From positions 39,370,001 to 39,434,000 of the forward strand of contig OX597826.1 in NCBI GenBank assembly GCA_951406725.2: a DNA stretch of 64,000 nt, read 5' to 3'. The DNA is from Octopus vulgaris (Eukaryota). Of this stretch, positions 56,501 to 64,000 are shown piece by piece. A program made the position numbers and the translations under genes. How positions within the stretch are numbered: position 1 is the first letter of the stretch; every line of letters begins with the position of its first letter. The notes under the pieces are model-generated. The model was not told the origin of the DNA and searched no databases. It saw only the letters and a list, made by a program, of their open reading frames with translations.

Positions 56501-56808
56501 TATCATAAGTTGAAGACGGGAAGGATGACTTCCCTTTGCAAATACTGACCGGACACAGATAGTGTGTCTATGGCCAGCTAGAGGAGTATGTCCTCCTGGG
56601 GCTAAAAACTACAGTAGCATCCACCCTTAAGGGTTAGCCATATTGAAATGGCAAAAATACGTCACGATGTGTTACCGCTACTGTATATAACTCACTTTGA
56701 TATTTATCATTGTTTGATTTCACTTTTTCAATATCAGCGACAGTGGACGCTGGAAAAAGTATAAGTATTTGTGAAGGAAATCTTATTCTCGGCGACAATT
56801 ATGATTGT

Positions 56809-56853
56809 CACACGCTGACGAGAGGTCAATACCTCGAAACTCGAGTCCGTGTG
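56809..56853 (+). ncRNA. Type I hammerhead, copy 3 (intact core)
   Basis: Same as copy 2; predicted cut after 56847. Confidence 0.92.
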
Positions 56854-57014
56854 TATCATAAGTTGAAGACGGGAAGGATGACTTCCCTTTGCAAATACTG
56901 ACAGGACACAGATAGTGTGTCTATGGCCAGCTGGAGGAGTGTGTCCTCCTGGGGCTAAAAACTACAGTAGCATCTACCCTTAAGGGTTAGCCATATTGAA
57001 ATGGCAAAAATACG

Positions 57015-57018
<4 letters not shown>

Positions 57019-57056
<38 letters not shown>

Positions 57057-57085
57057 TATATAATATGTATATATATACATATATA

Positions 57086-57159
<74 letters not shown>

Positions 57160-57223
57160 CATATATATACATATATATATATATAATATGTATATATATA
57201 CATATATATATATATATACATAC

Positions 57224-57254
<31 letters not shown>

Positions 57255-57271
57255 CATATATATACATACAC

Positions 57272-57327
<56 letters not shown>
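57019..57327. repeat. Compound (TA)n/(TACA)n tract, right flank of the array
   Basis: Visible directly. Confidence 0.9.
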
Positions 57328-57333
<6 letters not shown>

Positions 57334-57719
57334 CTAAGCCTGAATTCCCTAGTGTTTAATAAACAATACCTCTCATCTGAAACAAGCAACCCACCCTATT
57401 TTCACAATTTCTGTTATTTGTACCTTGATGATTGACAACAAAGCAAATACATATTAGATGGCTAAACCGATTTCATTTTACTGCTGAAAAGTCTTTCAAT
57501 CGGGAGAAGATAGTCGTACTACCGTTGCACTAAGCAATTTGCTAAAATATATCAATCACTTCACTGAATTGCATTGACCTCTCTCATGGATGGTGGTACG
57601 CTTTGTTCTCAACAAAGCAATACTAAATCTATGTATACGCATACACTCACACTTTTACACACACACACACACACATATATTTACACACGTAATCATGCTT
57701 ATATTATATTATATTATAT

Positions 57720-57781
<62 letters not shown>

Positions 57782-57791
57782 ATATATATGC

Positions 57792-57852
<61 letters not shown>

Positions 57853-58062
57853 AATCAATCCACACATGCACACACATACGTGCATACACGCACACAAGCA
57901 TATACTATCAATGATAGTTTGGAAACACATCTCTATATTTTTTATCAATATTTAATTATTTTTTTGCCATATTTTCATATCTGTTCCTTACAGTTTAAAG
58001 CAGCAACCTTGCTAAATCCATCCACAGCCTCATCTTCTGACTGAAGTGATAATGGTTTCAAA

Positions 58063-58264
58063 TATGGCGCAAGGCTAGCAAGTTCGGTGATGGGGGCAAG
58101 TCAATTACATCGACCCCAGTGGTTATATGGTACTTATTTTATGGACTCCCAAGTGATGAACTACAGAATTAACCTCGGTAGAATTTGAACACGGGACTTG
58201 AAGACGGAAGAAATGCCGCTAAGCATTTTGCAGAGCGTCCTAACTATTCTACAACGCGTCGCCC
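58063..58264 (-). mobile_element. SINE family B, diverged
   Basis: atcgaccccagt...ggtacttatttt...gaatttgaac...gaaatgccgctaagcattt. Confidence 0.7.
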
Positions 58265-59299
58265 TAACCTGAAGTGATATTAGTGTGTGCTGCTACTTCT
58301 TTATAGTTTATAGTAATCAACGCAATATGGTAGACGTAGGCATTATCGCCGAACTTTGACAATTAGAATTATACCATGTGAGGTGTTTATTTCTTTTACT
58401 TTAGCAAGGTATTGTCTTATGCATATTGTTTCTATCATTAATTTTTGCGAGGACTCCTGTTAAATATTAATAATACTAATAACATTTTCCTACCTAATTT
58501 TATATTTTCTTTGTTTCGTGGTACTACTTATTGTAATTGTTTCTTTTTATAAGCCCATAGTGAGAGTGAGGCGAAGTATATTACCCCTATAACTGGCAGA
58601 GTCGTGAAATTTAAAACGTTAATTTATAAACCAAACTAAACATTAACAGATTGTTCATGTTTTTAAAGGTTATCTTATTTATTAGATTATAATTTAGTAT
58701 TTTTGTCGTATAGTAGTTTGACGTCATGTAATTTCTGTTCTGATTGGGAGTTCGTTAATGTGTTCAAGTATTCTCTAATAGTACTCCTAGATTAATATAC
58801 TGCATGTAAAATTACTGATAAAAATCGTTATTTTCACTGTGCACAACAAGATGTGAAACATTATTTACGTATTTATACTTAATTCGTTCCGGTAAATTCG
58901 AACGCAGATACACTAGTCACTGTTGTGTACGTCACTGGAGAACAACCTCTTCTTTAATACATTCCAGTAGATCCAACGGAAATATACTAGTCGCTGTTAT
59001 GAAATAAAGCCACCTGCTTGTTTAAGTACTTCTGTCAAACGTAACACATGTCGAAACACTGGTGTCTCAGAGTCCCTTGTGCCAAAGAGCCGAGTGCGTT
59101 ATGAACTCAATGTCATTGTAATGACGAAGTCGTTCTGTTACGTACACAACAACAACTAACATATTTGCGTTCAAATGTGACGGAACGTATTAATAATAAA
59201 TAAAATGTATTAATAATAAATATGTAAAACTCCATATTAAATTTCAACATCCCGAAGAGAAACAGAAAGTCCAAGCAATACAATGACTGTTTTTATTGA

Positions 59300-59720
59300 T
59301 GTAAACACAGAGAGAAAATAATTGACACTTCACATCAGAGTACTCCAAAGACAAATATACGCATATACTCATATGGGAACAATGGATTTCTATACAGATA
59401 CAAAATCTCAGGAGAAAAATCTCCACTTTGATGAACAATTAAATTTCCCCACAAAAAAATGAACTTGCGAGAGGAAATTCACAGAAAAAATATACTCATC
59501 AACAACGGGTGGTCTAACAAATTGACCAAGTCATAGAAAAATATAAAAATATGTTTAGAGGAACAAATACGTCAAGCACTACATAAAATAATAATAATAA
59601 TAAATACTCAAAGCCTAGAAAAAGTGAATCTGAATCAAATGTATGCTGATTAGAGAACAGATGAACACATTATGAAAAACTTAAAAATAGAAAAAAAGTA
59701 CTAAGAATAAAGTGGGTGTA
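59300..59720 (+). mobile_element. Possible Penelope-like ORF relic (post-RT linker)
   Basis: ILINNGWSNK and NQMYAD*RTDEHIMK resemble PLE motifs as I remember them; weak. Confidence 0.3.
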
Positions 59721-59972
59721 TATAGTGATGAACTGAGCAAAGAAAATAAGAGGAATAAATGAAAAGTTTATACCTTTACTTGCAACAACAACCAATTCTG
59801 AAAATTTTACATCCTGAAAGATAAGAGAATTTAAATATTTCAACACAAAATATTCTCACTTATTTTAATATTAGAACTACGGTAATAAAACCATTAAGTT
59901 ATCTATAAACCACTTAAATAATTGATCAATATTTTTTAAACATTATATTAAAATAATTTTGTATTTAGAATA

Positions 59973-60491
59973 CAGTTGACATTCGAAAATCCGGCCATCG
60001 AAAATCCAGTTCCTTCAGATTTCCGGCATGGATTTCGGAGCGCATTTTCAAATTTACCGTGTTGCCGCGCCACTCTTTTCTGAAGGCGCCGTTTATGCTT
60101 TGATGCTCATTCCTTCTCATTTTATCCTGCTCATTCGTTTTCATTTTATCGTTTATTTGCTGCTGTGTAGTCCCATTATGCATTCAGCAAAGAAACGAGG
60201 TAAAAGCAAAGCGTAAATATCGTGCGTTGTCGATCGCAGAGAAAGTAGAAAGTTAATAGCGGCGTGTCTCTGCGAACCATTTGTGAAACATACGACATTA
60301 GCTCTTCAACAGTGTATGATATTAAAAAAAAAACCGGAAAGAAAAACCGTTAAAGTACTTTTCTTATCGTGGATCGAAAAAGCAAATGTTTTGTAAGGAA
60401 GTCAATGACGAAGGGAAAAAAGCTTGAAACTGGATTAAGATATCATAAATGTTTACTTGCTCCAAGATAAACTTTAAAGAGAAAGACCCAA

Positions 60492-60555
<64 letters not shown>

Positions 60556-61045
60556 GAGACACGGCACAATATATTCAAGAAAATAACTAGGAAGCAAGAA
60601 GAAGCAGCAGCAGTGTCCACTCTTCAAATCTACTGCCATCAACTTCAAGTCAACCAGATGTGTTGTCATCAACATCACCATTTCCTCCACAGTTTGTAGC
60701 TCTTCCTGTTTCTGAGGATGCTGTCACTGTCAGCGATGAAGATCATGATTCTGCCTGTCCATCTGCTATTTAGCTTCTTTTCGAGAGTACAGTAATGATT
60801 AAAATTCAGAGGTTCTATTTTACTTAGTTGAATTAAAATTCTGCAGAACTAGTTTATTTAGTTAGTGAACATTAAAATATCATTTGCTTTTAATTTAGTG
60901 TTTAATTTTCTTTCTTTAAAGAAATGCACAGGTAGTAATTTTCTGTTAAATATATAAAACAAATATAACCATAAAATACCTGGCATTTTTGAAAACACGG
61001 CACTACTCAGGTTCGGAGGTTGCCGGATTTTTCAGTGACAAGCTG
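59973..61045 (+). mobile_element. pogo/Tigger internally deleted transposon
   Basis: TA|CAGTTGACATTCGAAAATCCGGC ... GCCGGATTTTTCAGTGACAAGCTG|TA; CENP-B-type HTH relic KRKYRALSIAEKVE / SGVSLRTICETYDISSSTVYDIKK. Confidence 0.85.
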
Positions 61046-61228
61046 TACCAGTGGAATTTATTAAAAAAAAATTTTTTTTAACGTACATATTGATATAATA
61101 ATAACGACAAAAGATATTGATTAATAGGAACTCGATCTAGAATTGAGCGTACATTGTGATATTTCATAATTTTAGGAAAAATCTTCTTTCTAAATATTAT
61201 AACTGTATCAATCAGGGAATTTCCAAAA

Positions 61229-61323
<95 letters not shown>

Positions 61324-61391
61324 TCCTGGAAACAGCTATAAGACCTATATATATACATATATATACATACATATATATATATATATATATG

Positions 61392-61435
<44 letters not shown>

Positions 61436-61646
61436 ATAAACAAGAAGGGTAGTAATATTATTTACTACCAGGTGCCCAGCACAAAAGACGAATTAGTCAT
61501 AAGACGAAAATATTATTCATATAGAAAAATATTATTCATGTGGTTATACAATTAAAGGCTCCTAAATAAAGATGCCAAGTGCTGGGAACACAAAAAGGGG
61601 ATGAATTTATCGAGAGTGAAAATTTTTGTGTTCCCAGCACTTGGCA

Positions 61647-61743
<97 letters not shown>

Positions 61744-62140
61744 ATATATATGTATATATATAGGTCTTATAGCTGTTTCCAGGATATTTATTAATTATAT
61801 CCCTTCATCGGGGACGGTGTGAGAGGATGGTTAAATAATAATTAATATAGATGGGACACAAAATAGAGAGTGAGATGGAGGAAAGAAATGAGATAAGTAG
61901 GGGTATTGAATTTGTTGATCCATTTTTTAGGCAGAATGGTATATATATGTAAAATTCCAATAACATATGAGAAAAAGTCAACAGCATTTAAGATTGTTCA
62001 TTCCAAATATAGAGTTTATATACAATGTGGGATTCCAATACCTTATGAGTAAAATCCAACGGTATTTAAAATTGGTCATGCCAAGTACAGAATTTATACA
62101 CAGTGTTGTAGAGTCAAAGGTTTTTTAAATTTAAAGTGCA

Positions 62141-62282
62141 TATATGCATATATATGTATATATGAACATATATATATATACATATATATATGTATATATA
62201 TATGTATATATATACATATATATATGTATATATATGTCTATATATGTATATATAAATGTCTATATATGTATATATAAATGTC

Positions 62283-62316
<34 letters not shown>

Positions 62317-62318
62317 GG

Positions 62319-62374
<56 letters not shown>

Positions 62375-62433
62375 CGTATATGTATATATGTATATATATA
62401 TATGCATATGTATATAAATATATATGTATATAT

Positions 62434-62467
<34 letters not shown>

Positions 62468-62502
62468 GTATATATATGTATATATATGTATATATATATA
62501 TA
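62141..62502. repeat. Compound (TA)n/(TATG)n tract
   Basis: Visible directly. Confidence 0.9.
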
Positions 62503-62715
62503 TTATGTGAAATAGAAAGATGAATAATCTTGTAGTAGATTAATCAAAAGTTTAACCGATACCTTAGTAGCAAAAATCACAGCAGTAAAACAGCACGGTT
62601 GGAGGTACAACCATATGGTGTTGCAACCGTGCGTTGGTGCGGATAATTGAAATTAGAACATTATTGGTGAATTGAAGAAATGGAGCTGAACGCAGATTGA
62701 ACAGAAATCGTTTTA

Positions 62716-62804
62716 TTTCATTCTACACGTGTTTCGAAAGGCACAAATTACCAAAATCCGATGGAATAATGGGACCATATTGTGTCTTTCTCTTCAGGAA
62801 GAAA
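62716..62804 (-). ncRNA. Type I hammerhead motif (left arm)
   Basis: Mirror image of 62977-63065. Confidence 0.7.
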
Positions 62805-62976
62805 ATAGGAAATTCGTTGGAAAACAAAAACAGAACAGAGGCGGAGCAAAAACAAATCGAACTATGCTCCTAAGAGCCCATGGCGTCCAAGTTTCGCCAT
62901 GGGCTCTTAGGAGCATAGTTCGATTTGTTTTTGCTCCGCCTCTGTTCTGTTTTTGTTTTTCCAACGGATTTCCTAT

Positions 62977-63065
62977 TTTCTTCCTGAAGAGAAAGACACA
63001 ATATGGTCCCATTATTCCATCGGATTTTGGTAATTTGTGCCTTTCGAAACACGTGTAGAATGAAA
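62977..63065 (+). ncRNA. Type I hammerhead motif with long helix II (right arm)
   Basis: tttcttc CTGAAGA gaaagacacaa...ttgtgcctttc GAAA cacgtg TA gaatgaaa; predicted cut after 63057. Confidence 0.7.
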
Positions 63066-63122
63066 TAAAACGATTTCTGTTCAATCTGCGTTCAGCTCCA
63101 TTTCTTCAATTCACCAATAATG

Positions 63123-63188
<66 letters not shown>

Positions 63189-63194
63189 GTATAT

Positions 63195-63650
63195 ATAACT
63201 TAGAATAACTTAGAAAGGTTTTGGCCAGTGCTGGCCCAGGCCATGTCTAACTTAATAGCACCACCTGGCGAAGTCTTTCAATTCAGGATTTGGGCACCAA
63301 AGCCCATTCGAGCAGAGAGTTATTGTTTGCGGAGACATATCCGGGTGTGGGTGGTTTGTCCGGGACTGTTTGAAGGAATTTGTCCAAAGACTTCTTGAAT
63401 TTTGTGTGGTCAGTTTCTGTTTTGACGTGTCCTAGTGTAATGTTGAGGGGAGCGGGTCCATTTGAGGTGAAATAATTGTGCTGTATTGTTTTTATGAGAT
63501 GTGATTTAGATTTTTGTTGTGGACGGTTGGCACGGGGTCCAAGTCTTGGATGTATTTTGAGGGTGATGCCAGCATCATTTGGACAGTGCCGATGAAATAT
63601 TTTATACATCATACAGATAATGTAGCGTTCACGGCGTCGTTGGAAAAAAT
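63195..63650 (-). mobile_element. CR1-group LINE 3' end
   Basis: QRRRERYIICMMYKI...FKKSLDKFLQTVPDKPPTPGY...NNSL; 3' UTR hairpin ggccag-ca-ctggcc and (ttctaagtta)2 tail. Confidence 0.8.
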
Positions 63651-63657
63651 TCAGTTT

Positions 63658-63744
<87 letters not shown>

Positions 63745-64000
63745 GTATATATAAATAGAAATACTCTTACTTCTAAACCTCTCAGAGAGAGAGCCATTCA
63801 GTAACAGTTCTTTAAACTAAAAGGTAATTGAATTGCCAACATAATATGGCTGGAAGTGTAGTCTACAATATCAACAACATGAATTTCTTCAATCCTCTTG
63901 ATCTTTTAAGGTATTTGAGAAAACTTACGTTAATGTGGCCAACTGCTTAAAATTCTATTTCTTTATTCATGAGCTGATAATGCCCCTGCATTTAAATTGA

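Larger units (their letters stand above)
62657..63124. repeat. 468-bp near-perfect palindrome (229/230-bp arms, 9-nt spacer)
   Basis: Arms 62657-62885 and 62895-63124 differ by one substitution and one 1-nt indel. Confidence 0.95.

Noticed and set aside
62729-63084. Overlapping ORFs on both strands
   Set aside because: Mirror products of the palindrome with non-ATG starts

Overview
AT-rich eukaryotic DNA saturated with microsatellites and decayed transposable elements, with no host protein-coding exon I can support. The SINE families resemble, from recollection and unverified, those of octopus (coleoid cephalopod) genomes. Most ORFs in the track are microsatellite translations. Recognisable elements: a full-length decayed Chapaev3 transposon, Tc1/mariner and pogo/Tigger relics, Helitron ends, fragments of RTE, R4/Dong, L1/Tx1 and CR1-like LINEs, a Gypsy integrase relic, Penelope-like (GIY-YIG) fragments and about 17 tRNA-derived SINE copies. 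The main signal is non-coding. A young array of about 2.9 x 353-bp units (55994-57018) carries one type I hammerhead ribozyme per unit, the architecture of a non-LTR retrozyme producing small circular RNA. A diverged solo relative near 45.7-46.0 kb shows four compensatory base-pair changes. Several other unrelated hammerhead motifs occur in Penelope-like remnants, including one on each strand of a 468-bp near-perfect palindrome. All structures were paired by eye; no folding or database search was run.
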